Positions 47,960 through 61,584 of a DNA stretch of 64,000 nt are shown here, piece after piece. Source of the stretch: Dicyema japonicum. Its lineage: Eukaryota > Animalia > Dicyemida. The stretch lies in NCBI GenBank assembly GCA_011109175.1, contig RDEW01000008.1, forward strand, positions 470,369 through 534,368, read 5' to 3'. The translations under genes were made by a program, and so were the position numbers. How positions within the stretch are numbered: position 1 is the first letter of the stretch; each line of letters starts with the position of its first letter. The notes beneath the pieces were generated by a model that saw only the letters and a program-made list of their open reading frames with translations, was not told where the DNA came from and ran no database searches.

Positions 47960-50820
47960 ACCTGTATCATTTATTTAAGCACTTCACGAATATACTAGCC
48001 CCGCATGTGCAGCAAAAGAAACAAGGTTAGATGTCAGCCTTTTCCATGCTCCCCTGTTCCTAACATAGTATTCTAACATAGTATGTTTCCATAGATATGT
48101 TCGGTGGGGATGTTAATTCCATCCTCAGCACGTGTCCGAAGAACTCCATTGGGATTCCAGTACTTCTAAGCTGATATGTCTAGTGCTGCATCTTATATAT
48201 AAAGCATTTCTCGATATTCTCGTTGGCCAAGTAGTTCCTGTTATTTTTCTCAGCTGACCTCTGTGGAACGAGTCTAGTTTTTCCATATCCGCTGATGAGG
48301 TTGCCCAAGTTCCAGCGTTATATAAAAGTACGGGTTTTATGACTGAGTCGTATAATAGGATTCTCATTTTCGTGTCGATACCTCTTTGATTGAGCCATAG
48401 ATTCTTCAGTTTATATAGCGCAGCATTGGCTAGAGTTTTCCTAAGTAAAATATCTTCGCTATCTCCCATAAGTGAACCGAGTTTTTTTACTTGTCGCCAC
48501 TTCTCTTCTAGGACGTTACTCATCATTCTTATCTCTGTGAGTTCTGTTTTCTCTCTGTTCACAGTAAGAAACCATTTCCCTAGTACATCTGGTGCTTTTT
48601 CTAATAGGTTTTCCAGGACCTCTTTGTCTTCAGAAATTAGGTCTACATCGTCCGCGTAGATCACTTCTTCCGTCTTTCATTGATATACGGTCTAAGTTCC
48701 CTCATAGGGGCTTCCAAATAAATTGTGAATAGTAAAGGAGAAAGGGAGTCTCCTTGTGGAGAAGCCGTGTTTGTTTCAAATTTTCTTGAATAGGTCTTTC
48801 CGACTCTCACAAAGAGCTCAGTGTTAAAAAGTAGAATTTAGTTTCGACTCATCAAGAAATCCGCTAGTACCCCATTAATTCGTTTTTGTTAACCGCATCA
48901 AAAACTCTTGATAGGTCAATTCCCAGAATATTGGTGGCGTTACGGTATCTTTGATATGCTGCACACCTCCATCTGTGACTCCAGACCGAATCAGATGTGG
49001 ATCTCCCTTCTCGAAAACCACTTTTACTATCAGGTAGGTATTTGTAAGCAGATCCTTTTATTTGTTCAAGCACAATGTTTGCCAAGACTTTGCGTATTGA
49101 ATTTAGTAGTATGATGGGTCGCAAATTTTCGAGCGGTCCTATGGTTTTGTTGATTTTTTGTACAAGGATTAGTAGTTCCGTACCCAGAGGTAAAGTTGAG
49201 TTAGTTGAAAACATTTCATTTAGTAGTGTAGCGATTTTTCCAAAAAGAGCGTCAGGGCCGTATTTCAGTAATTCTGGGTTTATCGCATCTGGTCCGGGGC
49301 TTCTGTTATTCTTGAGTTTTCGGCAGGCCGTTTTGATTTTCTCGGCCGTGATTGGTATCTCCAGGAGTCTTGGCCTTCCATCAAATAAGTAGATTTCTAT
49401 GGATTTGATGTTGAGAAGCTTCTCAAAGTGAGCCGCGATGGCTTCAGTTTGTTCTTCGGTGTTCAGTATCAGCTTACCGTTATCGTCTTTTATGGTTAGT
49501 CGACTTCGGTTTGTTTGCCGCAGCAAACGGGCAGCGACGTACACCTGTGCGTTGCCTCTCACTTTGTTTACCTCTAGCTATTTTTTCTAGGAAAAGCATC
49601 TTGTTCAGAGCTTTTATTTTTCTTCTGACACGTTGCCTTTTGCCCTGAAGGGCTTTTATCGTATTAGCGTCAGTGACATTTGATTTTCTCATGTTTATTT
49701 CTTTTAAACTTTTCGCAAGCTCAAGAACATCTGGATGAATAGCCTTCAGGTGCATTTTACTATTCTCCCTTTTGCCAAGACATGCCTCAGCAGCTTCGTT
49801 GATGGTGTCCTTTGTGCGTTTCCTGGCGTCTTCTAACGAGGCATCCACCAATACGTCCTACATACGAGTTTGAATGTATTGTTGATATCTCTCAGTAGTC
49901 TCCGGTTGGGAGATCAGCCTTTCAGTCGCGTAGTCGCCTCTGACTTTCTCAAATTGTGATTTTTGGCATTCTTGTATTTGATGGCATGTTTTTTCAGGAT
50001 GAAGGTCGTAATATCCATCTTGTGGTCACTGCCAGTCGTCGAGCCTTCATATGAACGTTCGTTTATTAGAAGGTGTTTGTCTTTAGCCAGACATATGACA
50101 TATTGGGACCAGCTTTCCTCTAAGTTCCTTCGCTTCCCCATCCACGTAGTTTTGTGGCAGGCAGGATGCGTAAATGCAGTATTAAATAGGAAAAGGTTGT
50201 TTGCCACACAAAAGTGACCAAGTATTGTCCCGGGTAGGTTTCTTATTCCACGTCCATGTTCTCCAAGAAAACATCATCCCGGTTATTCTTCATCCCGATT
50301 TTCGCATTCAAATCCCAGCAATGATTATTAGTGATGACGACTCATATTCGTTGAACGTCCGTAACAGTGTTGAATAGAAGTCGTCTAGTTCTGTCGGATC
50401 TTTCGCTACTCTCCCGCAGTGTGGCGCATAAACATTTATAATTGTCAGAAAGCTCTTCGAAGGAGGTAAGTCGTTTAGACGGATTTGTATAACACAGATC
50501 ATTCACACTCCATATACGGTAAACTGCACTTGGCGAATCCAAGTCCATAATATTTTGAGTCGCTCGGTAGACATATATTCGATATTCGCCATAGTTCTCA
50601 TCAAGGCTACAAGTAACTTTCGTCTCTTGTAGGCACCCAATAGATACGTCGTATCTCTCCAGGTCGTCACAGAGAATCTTCCTAGACCAGGTCGTAGATA
50701 AGCCTCTAGCATTGAACGTAAGGAGCTTTAGACAAGAAGTATTCCTTTGTAACCCTTGTTTTTTAGACATTTTTCTCAACTGCGATCCAATTAATAACCT
50801 GTTACTTTCTATTTTCATTA
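47960..50820 (-). mobile_element. Near full-length decayed RTE-like LINE (APE plus RT)
   Basis: LLTFNARGL, CLQETK, IINVYAPH, SDHKM, SPGPDAI, LRPI, GFREGRSTSD, YADDVDL, VKKLGSL and FHRGQLR. Confidence 0.92.
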
Positions 50821-51599
50821 TAATTTTTATGTATCGGAAAGAAGAAGGAATTTAAATGCTACAAAAATATAAAGTTCCCCCCTCACAAGGGCAGTTCTCG
50901 CAAAATTGTTCGAAGGAAAAAGTCAGGATGCTCTTGAGTCAATCTTTTCTTCGAACGGACCACACATACCATCTATAAACTTTATCATATTTTGTTGGAT
51001 AAGCATCCACCTCCCCTTCACAATTTGTGATCTGTTTCATTACCCACCACGTTGAGTCCATCGCCTATGTTGGACATTTGATGATTCTGGATTTTTTCCC
51101 AAGAAGCAGTGGCGGTTTGAATGACCCAGCCATTTTAATGACCTTAGTGTTTTGTTTTTGGTGATCTGACAGTCTAAAATTATTTACTATCTCTCACTAA
51201 TCTGAATTTATCGGAAAAACCTATTGAGGCAATCTTTCACGTCTTGTTTTCTGGCAACTCGTTCGCCTCTAATAAAAAGTAAGTGGATTCCGTCAAATTA
51301 CTTCAGACTTTGTCTTAAAAAAACTAGCCACCAAAACCATCTGCAAGAGTTCTATTCTCCTAGTTGTTTATTCCCTAAACCTTTCTAAAGTCTGAGTTGG
51401 ATAAGATGTCCAAACATGTTATCTTGTTCAGAAGATTCAACATTCGTTTTTCCAAATTTCTATTGGTCTACAAGTCAAAAACTTATGGGGGATTCGATTT
51501 GTATCTATTTTTTCTTCTCAACCCTGAAATTAGTATAATGTTGTTTGCGAGGAATCTTTCGAAAAGCTGCTGGAGTCTTCGAACCAACACCTCAATGCT

Positions 51600-52070
51600 T
51601 GTCTATTTCTGACTCAATTTTCTCACTTTTATTTAAGATTCGTGTATCACGTCATTACCGATGGATTGAACGGAGTGTCCGTTTCGTTACGTCTACTCGC
51701 TTGCAGGAGGAATGCTGGCAGGGTCCTTAGGCATAAAACCTTAAACTAAGTCGTTAAATGCGCAACTGGGAGGCCCCTAGTATTTGATGCCACGTGTACA
51801 GACGGTTTCGCTTAACAACTTCCCATAGAGCGTTTATAATGCATGTTCAATTTATGAAAGGCCGTGCATTGAAGTGGCGGAAGTATACTGTTATGTTTGT
51901 TCTTGTTGCTGTGGAAACCTTTGGAGGATTCTCAAATTTGTCATTGTATTAAATGACTCGGAAATTTTATCTCAGTCCGCGTAGGTGACCTCCGCGGGCG
52001 CTGCTGGTTATTCGACCGTAATTTTGGCAGTCCAGTGATGGAATAGTCAGGGACTGCGACTCCAAAATCT
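51600..52070 (+). mobile_element. Decayed CRE-clade 3' fragment with (TTTA)n tail
   Basis: CRRNAGRV, LVFDATCTD, VAVETFGG and a terminal segment aligning with 38900-38990. Confidence 0.65.
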
Positions 52071-52109
52071 CTAGTTTTTATTTATTTATTTTATTAAGAT
52101 AAAATTTAT

Positions 52110-52340
52110 CGTCCAATTAAGTGATCCCGGTGTCCATACCAGTCCTTTTCCTGCTGTTAGTTTTGGAGTCCTGGATTAATCTCCACAGAAGAAAAGGTTT
52201 CTTTTAATATCTCGGGCAGGCGTCCATATATAGTTTGTTGTGCGGTTTGAGTGGATGGTCAGGGGACTTTGCCATCGTAGGGAAGTACCGGTGACGTTTC
52301 GTAAGGTATTCCATGATTGGTGGAACGTTTAGTGTTCTCC
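52110..52340 (-). mobile_element. L2-type LINE 3' stub
   Basis: Carries the CCGGGATCACTTAATT terminus. Confidence 0.45.
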
Positions 52341-54313
52341 GTAGTAACGAGTTTTTTTTTTTTTATGTTATTAAAAATAAGAAAATTTTTATTGAGGAGA
52401 CTTGAAGATTTTAGACAAAAATCAGAGACTTAGAGACAAAAATCACCAGGAAGATAAAAATGGCTATTAGGTGAATATGGCTTCTCTCAGCAACCACCAT
52501 ATCTTAATTCGGTGTTCCTTACTTTGTACCCAGGAGGATCAGTAGTTAACGGTCTGCTCAATGTACTGGGTATATAGGGAACCTACGTCTAGAGACAGCT
52601 TTTTATTGTCGTGAGTGAAATAACTTTGTCCAAGTACATAGGGATAACTTCATCCAGTCATAACTAACGGATTAATCTTTGTAACCGTAATGAGAGGACG
52701 AGATGATTAAATTGAAGGATTTTAGACGTACTATTCATAAATTCAACATTAATACGTTGAAAGAAGATTCATGGTTGCCTATAAGCATAAAAACCGATAA
52801 CATTTCTTTGAGTTAGTTAACTTCAACCTCGCTACCTTGTAGGGGGCCGACTGTCTTCAGGTGTCCAACAACTATCTGCTTGACGATTCCACATGTCTTC
52901 GATGTCCATCTGAGGTCATTACCAAGAGATATCTTTTTGTAAAATCAATGATAATTGGTCCTGTGATGGAAGATAAGAGTCCGACTAGTCTGAGTCATCT
53001 ATAAATGGTGGAAAAGCATCCAGGAGATCGTTCCAAACCAGTCTTCGATGATTTTGGTAAAGATGTGGTCACTATTGCCTTTGATTTAATTTTATCGGGA
53101 GATGGCTGAAAAATTTTAGCAAATTCAAGGTCGGAATATCTTTCTGCAGTTATTCGTGAGTCCAGAAGTGGCAGGAATGGTCTGGTTCCGTGGTTTTATT
53201 TAAGAATTGAAGGTTCCTCGTGTAGAGGTAATTTTCCATTTGGATAATGGTGGATTCCCATGGTATGCGTCATCTTCAACACAAAAGATGCAAATAGCCA
53301 TTTCCACGATTTTTGAGGCTTTTTATCCGCATGGAAATTAAAATATTGACATCCTTGACTTTTCTGAACTTTATATTAAAAGTCTGAATAATCATAAATT
53401 TTCTATTAGGATTTCTAACCGCCATAGATCAACATAAACGCCCGACAGCCCAAATAACTGTTCAGCTTTTGAGGCTGCATTCTTATGTACTTTTCTCTCT
53501 GCCAATCGGGCTACTGCCATTCGTCTAAGATTTAACTTAAAACCTCCAAATTTTTTTCTCCATGAGACAACTTCCAAAGTTTGATGAGTGTGCGAGAAGT
53601 GCAGTTTGAATCCCGTGTGGATAAACAATAAAATTTCATATGAAAATCTAAACTCCCGAAAAATGATCTTGCAAGGTAAGATACGGACATGATCAGAATC
53701 TCCGCTCATACTCGTATATAACTTTGTCTACAAAAGGCCCAATTTGTCAAGTATGCAACTACGCTTAAGAGACAAGAATATTTATGGAGGACATTTGGAA
53801 AATCTGTTACTAGTTGTTAACTTTCCTCGATCAATCGTTTTCATCACGCATTCATAACTCAAGGCCGAATAATAATAACTCCATCCAAAATTGTCTTTAG
53901 CTATTCGATGTGTCGCCATTTTATAACTCCACAAAAATGAATCGAATTAGAGTTCTTTAACCATGGTACTAATATATTTACCTCGATTAACGCCAGCTCG
54001 TATCGCAACATTGGTATCGCGGGTCATCTTCCAGGAAAACCGTTATGCATCCTTTTTGAATATTTTTATGGGGTAATATCCCCATTACATCTTCATTATT
54101 TTAAGCAGATTAACCAAATGGAGGAGTGTCCCAAGTGCAGGGCAATCGCAATCCACGCAGCAGGCTTCCTCAACTGACATTTGTTTAATTGTTAGAAAAA
54201 TTATTTTGTTTAAAAAAATAAATATAATCAACTAATTGCTAAAATTATAAAATTGGATAAAAATTCGAAGCATTTTATAAATGCTGCTAAAAAGAACTGA
54301 AGAACACCAATAG

Positions 54314-56420
54314 TTAATTTAATTGTATTAAACTAATTAGGTGATCCCGGCCGCCTCCATAAGGTCTTTCATCTTTTCCGGTGGACCTTCCGAGATCCAA
54401 CACAGCTTCTTCTGAGGACGGGAGGGTTTTTGAAAGAAATACAAAGGGAGTGATGCAACGTCTTCTAGTAAGACCCAATCCATTAGAGCATTGTAGGAAG
54501 TTGGATTTTCGGCACAGAGCGGCGAATCCCTTCCCATTTTGTCCGATAAGGTCTTCCAGAGAGGTGGGTGTGAGACTGACTGTTCTCACGAGCTTGCCGA
54601 TAGTTGTAGCTGATAGGGACTGAATATCACTGATTTTCTGTTTGTTCGTCCAGGATAGGTTGATTCCCCAAGACGCACAGGCGTAGCTGATAGATGGCTC
54701 AATGAATTGTTTATGTAGTAGTTTCAATGCTGGGAAAGGGGTTTCTGATGCCACCAAAAATAGATTTGATCAAACCAAGATTTCTTGAGCAGGTTCCGGA
54801 GATATATTCGACATGAGGGAAAATAAATCAACGGTCATTCTTCCAAGGCGTTTGTCTGAGGTAAATAGGGATGTGGATGACTTCTCAGGAGATATTATAT
54901 CAAGTCTGTTGGAGATTAACCAATTTTGAATCACGTGTAGTTGTTTTTGAACTCTTTCTGAGGCTTTTAGGAGATCCTGGTCACGGGATCCAATTAGAAT
55001 GTCGTCAGCATAGGAAAGGAGAAGATCGTCTTCATCAACTGATCGTGGCAAATCGGACATAAAAAGGTTGAATAAGGCGGGGGACAAAATAGAGCTTTGC
55101 GGAACACCATTGGGAAGTAGTCTCGAAAGTGATTTGTCCCATCCATTACAAACTCGGGCCTTTCTCCCGCTGAGGAAATTCAAAAGCCAGAGTTTTAGAT
55201 TGGGGTTAATGAAGAGTCCAAATAATTTCCTGGTTAAAATTTTCCTGGAGACAGAGTCAAAGGCGTTACGCAGATCCACAGAGCAGACGATGGTTTTGAA
55301 GTGACGAGGATTTGAGTTGAAGCCATCAAGGATAAATTGATTGAGAGAAGTAAGGTGGGTGGACGTTGAATAGAACTTTCTGAAGCCATGTTGAAAGGAA
55401 CTGAAGGAAGGGACGGGGAAATGAGATCAAGTACCAGTTTTTCCAATAATTTTGAAATGAACATAATAGAGAAATTGGTTGGTATGAAGCGGGATTGTTT
55501 TTGTCCTTGCCAGGTTTTGGTATTGGGCGTATGTGGGAAAGTTTCCAAATCGTAGGGATTGAATTCATGTTCAAAGAAATAGTTGAAAATAAGGGAGATT
55601 ACCCCAATAGTAACCGGTCCAAGGTGTTTAAGAAGTATTGAAGAGATGCCATCTGGACCACAAGCGGGAGGGATTAATCATCTTCAAGCCTTCGAATACG
55701 TTTGAATGAGAAATAAAAGTGATCGGCGGTCTCATCGAGAACAAAGAGGGTCCATCCATTTTCTTGAAGGTTTTGTGACTTATACCGGTATAATACTTCG
55801 TTAGTTGATTTAAGCTGTGTTGGTCTGTCTTTTGTGTCGAGGTGGAGTTTTCTTTAGGGCCAAGTCTTTTTATTGCCTTCCAGACCATCTTGGCAGATTT
55901 CTGAAATGGGAGAGAGCAGATTCGCTTTTCCCACTTGTTCGCTTCAGCCCTTCTGATCCTTCTTGAAATTTCATTCATAAGGAAATTTATCTTCCCTTGG
56001 TGGGTGCTCACATTACTGATCTGCCAAATCGAACTCTTATCTTCTTATTGAGTAAAAGGACTTTTATCATTTTCATTTACTCAGAATCCAGAAATTCCTT
56101 TACTGAGTAGATCTCGACTGATTATATCGAAAGCCTTCAAGATGTCTTATGCCAAGATTATAGTTGCTTTTTAGTATCTTTGGTTTATAAAGAGGCTCCA
56201 TTTGTGACTCCAAACTAAAATCCGTCTTTTTATAAGTAGTTCTTTTCATTCCCTAAGAATCTGGGACATCTAAATACTCTCAGAAACCGCATACGTAACC
56301 CAGTGGTTAACCTATTAGCGATTAAATTGAGCGAAAACTTTAAGGCCTTCCAGCCAAGTCGTTAATGAGGTACCTTTTATCGCACAGAATCTCAATCAGC
56401 CATTCCTCTTCTCTGCAGCC
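54314..56420 (-). mobile_element. Long decayed L2/Jockey-type LINE (RT)
   Basis: WKLSHIRPIPKPGKD..SYQPISLL, DLRNAFDSV, NGVPQSSILSPALFNLFMSDLP and LSYADDILI. Ends AAGIT*. Confidence 0.9.
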
Positions 56421-56899
56421 CCTTTTTGCTATCAGCGATCAACTGACAGGAAGGAAAATGATTTGGTTCATAAAATCCCTTGCTGATCTAATCTCACAGT
56501 CCTTGTCTTAGATTATTTGATGAAGACAGAATTCATGTCCTAGCAATCTCAAAAACTAAACGAGCAAGTTCTCATAGTCCAAGTTCTCTCTTTGAGACGC
56601 CATTCAATTCAATCGCAATTTAAGTGCTAAAATTTTATTTTTATTTTTTATACTTATTTTAATATAAAATTGAATTTGGAATAATTATTACTGTTCAGCT
56701 TTTGAAGCTATATTTCAGTAATCTAATAAAAAAATTTATCGCTGTTGTCGTGTTAATATATACAGTTCTCTCTCCTATTATCTATTCATGTCTGTTTTTT
56801 ATGATGTTCACACGAAGACACCTCATGCAAAGGGTTCAGAGTATCAGATTCTCGCAAGTGCGGGATTCGATTTTCTGTATGTGTTGGTTACTACCACAT

Positions 56900-58850
56900 A
56901 GGTTGTGAAAAACTATCCAAGAAAATTGGTGGTATTCGCACCATTGCAATTGGAAACGTATTTCGACGTTTAGCCGCAAAAATGGCTTGTCGTTTTGTTA
57001 TCTCCCGAATTTCAGCCGAATTTTGTCCTTCGCAGCTTGGTGTCGGAATCAATGGCGGCTGTGAAGCTGGGATCCACGCAGTGAGAGAATTTGCGTCACA
57101 ATCAACTGAATTGAATGCTGAGGACAGAGTTTTATTCAAATTGGACCTCCGGAATGCCTTCAATTCAGTCAGAAGGGACACCGTTCTTGATACCTGTAGG
57201 AGGAGGATTCCTCAGATTTATCCCTTTGTATATCTCGCGTATTCGGATCCATCCTCTCTTGTTTTTGGCAGTGGAATTATTTCGTCCGGATCCGGAGTTC
57301 AACAGGGGGACCCACTCGGTCCTCTTCTATTTTCCTTATCTATCGACCATATTGCCCAGGGCCGTTGCACTCCACTAAATCTGGACGATTGTATTCTCGG
57401 TGGAAGTCCAGATGATATTCTCTCCAAAGTTGCATCGATCAGACGTTTGTGTAAAAATCGGTCTGGAATTTAACAATGAAAAGTGCGAAACAATTAATCT
57501 GAATTCGAGTTCCGATTCATTCTACCTTTTTCATAGAAAACTCTGCGATATCATCCCAAGGGTTAGGAGACTCATATTGATTCTCTCGACTTCCTTGGGA
57601 GTGGGATTTTGGTAAACCGGGTGAGGGAGTTATTGGAAGGCAAAAGGACTAATTTACGTCAGTATGCCTACAGGATGAGTTTTTTGAACCGTCATGTCGC
57701 CTTTTTTATGCTGAAGAATTGTCTCCTTCTCCCAAGACTCCTTTTTATTCTACGGGGATCCCCATGCTACGCCGAAAAAGATCTTCTATCGTTAATTGAT
57801 ATGGATATCCGGTCAACGATGGGGTCCATTCTTAATGTTTGTTTTGATGATTTCGGATGGTTACAGGCCTCACTCCCTGTAGCCTACGGTGGTTTGGGTC
57901 TTTCTCTTCCTTCGGACGTTGCTTTGGGCGCCTATTTATCTTCGTTCGGCTCGTCAAGGCGTTTAGTGGATACGGTCCTTCACTCTACTTCCGGACTAAA
58001 CGTACCGCTGACGCCGTCGGGATCCTGGGATGAATGGATGAATTTGTACCTGAATGCTCCGGCCAATTGTGATAAGCAAAAGTCCTATTTGTTTTGTGTC
58101 TTCGAAAAGAAGAAAGAGTTTGAAAAGACGAAAGATGTAAGAAGGCTTGCCTGCCTCAAAACAGCCAGTTGTCACTCGACGGGGGCCTGAATGAACGCTT
58201 ATCCATCTGCGGAAATTGGAAACCTGTTGGATGATGAGGCTGTGAGAATAGCTACCTCGCTTCGTCTTGGTCTTAAATTATGTGCCGAAAGAAAATGCCG
58301 CTGTGGACGTTGGATCGATCCTTTTGGTTATCATCCCTTGTCATGCAAGATGAGTGCGGGTCGTTTCCCCAGGCACTCCTGTCTTAACATGACATTAAAG
58401 AATTCCCTTGCCTCTGCTGGACACTATTGCCTGTTAGAACCTGCTGGTCTTTCCATCTACGATGGAAAACGCTTTGATGGGATGACGACTTTTCCATTCG
58501 CCAACGGACAAAACCTGATCTGGGACGCGACGTGTGTTGATGCTTATTCCCCGTCTAATTTGGTTGCTTCTGCTTCAGACCCAGGACACGCTTCAAAGCA
58601 GGCCGAGGAACGAAAGAGGAGGAAGTACCAGAGAATTTCGGAGGAGTATCTTTTGTTCCATTCGCAGTGGAAACAGGAATCCTTGGCCCCAAGCAGATGA
58701 GTTGGTTCGTAAGATCGGCTCCATGATTCAAGCTGTGACCAAGGATCCGCGAGAGACTGGTTGGTTCCGAGAACGTATCTCGATGGCTATTGTTAGGGGA
58801 AATCGCATGGCCATTCAGATGCATTAATATATTAAACAAAATTGAGTTGT
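56900..58850 (+). mobile_element. Longest CRE-clade non-LTR retrotransposon (RT, Zn knuckle, RLE), 5'-truncated
   Basis: IRTIAIGNVFRRLAAK, QLGVGINGGCEAGIHA, LDLRNAFNSV, GVQQGDPLGPLLF, QASLPVAYGGLG, C.C...D..GYHPLSC, DGKRFDG, LIWDATCVD and AIVRGN. A few frameshifts and one TGA at 58188. Confidence 0.92.
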
Positions 58851-59633
58851 TTACGTACATTCTTTAATTCTAATTAATTTTTTAATTTTGCTAAAAAAAA
58901 CATACATTATAAATGCGATAAGTGCTATTTTTAATTTTAAATGCTAATTTAAATTGCATTTAAAACTTATTTTAATGTCACCCATAAAATGATAATAAAA
59001 TAATTTAGCACACTATATAGTATTATTAGTGTTGCTAAAACCAAGTGTTCGTTGCTTTAGAAAGCTAAGCGTATAGTCTCGAAATTTAAAGATGAGTTCT
59101 GTATTGCTGACAATGGCCTTCTATTTTGTTCTTTTTTTTATTCAAAGCCAACTGTTAAAAAAAATTTCAGTTGATTCTCATCCTTCTTTAAAACATCAGA
59201 ACAATATGCCTATAAATTTGTTAATACAATTGTAGGTCATTCGTGTAATTTAGTTCAACAACATTAACTGAATCAATCAAAGTAGATTAGGTTAATGAAA
59301 CGATCACGGTTAAGTTTCTAGCAGAAAAAAAGATATATGAGTCATAAGATGATTCGGATTTTTAATCAATCATTCTATAATTTGAGCGATTAGTTGATCT
59401 TGAGTATTTTACCCACATAAGCAAATTACAAGAATATTGGCTTAAGGTAAACACAAAAGAGAAAAACGAACCAGTAAGTCAAAATGTATAAAACTTAAAC
59501 CATTCACACTAGTGATCGTAAAAAGTGTTCAAATATGAAAGAAAGCTAGAAAATAAATGAAAGGATTCCTACGTAAAGAAAACAAATTAGAATAAATTTT
59601 GAAACAAAAAGAATGACGAATTTATCCCTCATA

Positions 59634-61584
59634 TCACTTATCATATTTGACGATCCATTTAAACCTGTCCTCATCCATGCATTGTTGATACACTACCTTT
59701 TTTCTGTCTGCAGATATTCCTAGACAATATGCACCTTCTTTATTTCTAATTGTGCCATCCTGGAAATTATAACCAAACTAACGTCATTAAACACAAACTC
59801 TTGATTTCCCAAAGAGGAATGGCACACATCAACCCTAACAGGATTGTACCCTACATCAAAACACTTTTCATCCCTTCGAATCTCCTTTGTATTAGAATAG
59901 AACCACAACTACGGATAACCAAACACCTCACCTGATTACCTCTATGCCCATGACACACGTAAAAACCTAGTTCATTTGAACCACCATCCGCATTCCAATC
60001 AAGACAAGTGCCAGAGTCTCTATTCCTGATCTTACAATCACAAAAAATACTACCTCTAAGATAGAGACGGAGGTAGAAGGATTGAACAAGGAGGGGTACA
60101 CATTATTGAGGTACCAATCAAAAGAATGACAATTCAGCCTCCTGCGAATCTTCAAACGACTAGATATATCTCCATAGTCAGTGTGCTACAATCACTAAGA
60201 CATATTAACCTGGTTAGTTCCGAGAGAATCAAGATAATATTTTTTATAGTCGTCCAACCACACATTGGCCAACCTCAGGTTGTTGATCAAGAAGACGTCT
60301 TTATTGGTTCTCCAAACATAAGGACTCCGTGAACGGAAAATGTGCCCAACTATGGAACAAGGGTGGATGTAAACGCTCCCATGGCACATCCATGTCTAAA
60401 ATTAAGTGGATTTTCACCCGAAATGAGATTTCAAGATTTTCAGCCCCCCAAATGTCCATTCCAGGGTCATAGCTACCAAGATCGTAAAAATACTTCCTTG
60501 ATACTGCAAACAATCCACCAGAAATAGTTGGGGACCTTAAGATAAGTAATTTTACCACCGAATTGGGTCAGCCTCAGAAGTTCGTCCACGGAGGTCTGTT
60601 TCTGTAGGTAGACGCCAAGTGAAGACCAAATTCCAATTGAATCCACCAATCTGGATTCCATAAGAATTGGGGATAAACGAAAGTGTCTTGTCGTCAATGT
60701 AATTCACATTGGGGGCCACTACGGTAGCCTCGTCATTATGTATTACGTAGAGTAAGGGTAAGATCCATCCTACGAATTAGGTGGAAGGGTACCCTCAGTA
60801 GCCTCACAATGGGAGTCCAGAAAAATCAACACTTTTCCAACAGCAGCATCTGCCCCAGCTAACCTCGCTTTGATGAGCCCGATTCTCTCATTAGTCCTCA
60901 AAATCTTCACAAGTCCCTCAAAGGCAGAATCGACGTAACTTTGCAGTGAATGTTTGAGAAAATCTGAATCTTGAAATAAGGACAACCAAAAGGTGCTCCC
61001 ATCGTCCACAAAGAATGATCTCTTTGAGAAGCGAAGGAGGAGTTCTGTCAACAACTGAGTAAACCGTCCGCAATAGAGTAGACAAGGCCTCATTGTGGAA
61101 GCAGATTATAACGCTCGCATCTGGAAGGTCTGATTCGTGGAAATCCTTAGTTTTGCACCTATTGATTGAATATCATAATATTACTCATGTAATCGATTGT
61201 CTGGAAGAACTCTACGAAGGGATATCCGATCGCTGGCATATTGGTTAAAGGCGTTTCTTCGGAATCCAGCATCGTACTCACTCTGGTCATCAGAACTCAG
61301 GGAGTCTCTCTCATTCGGAAAGGCAGCACCATTTCTCCCCTTAGTTGACACAACTGTCTACCTGGTTTTGAGCCGCGGACAACAATGTTTATCAGATTAA
61401 TCGGATATTCAACTCCACCAATTGGAGGGGGAATTTCATTTACCTTGTGGCTCCGATCTTCTTGCTTTTTGGGGAAAACTTTTGATTGATGAGTGGCTTT
61501 TATGTATATGAAGATTGTAAAAATTGCAAATATCAGCAAAAAATGCCTCTTAAGTTTGAATCCGATCTTTCTCAGAATAAGCAT
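59634..61584 (-). CDS. GALNT: Polypeptide N-acetylgalactosaminyltransferase (GT27 plus ricin-B lectin), two 1-nt frameshifts as assembled
   Basis: TM anchor, [98 protein letters not shown] and lectin repeats (CLD..CHG.RGNQ.W). About 10 introns of 22-26 nt. Extra bases at 61337-61340 (C-run) and 61010-61012 (A-run). TGA at 59634-59636. Confidence 0.95.
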
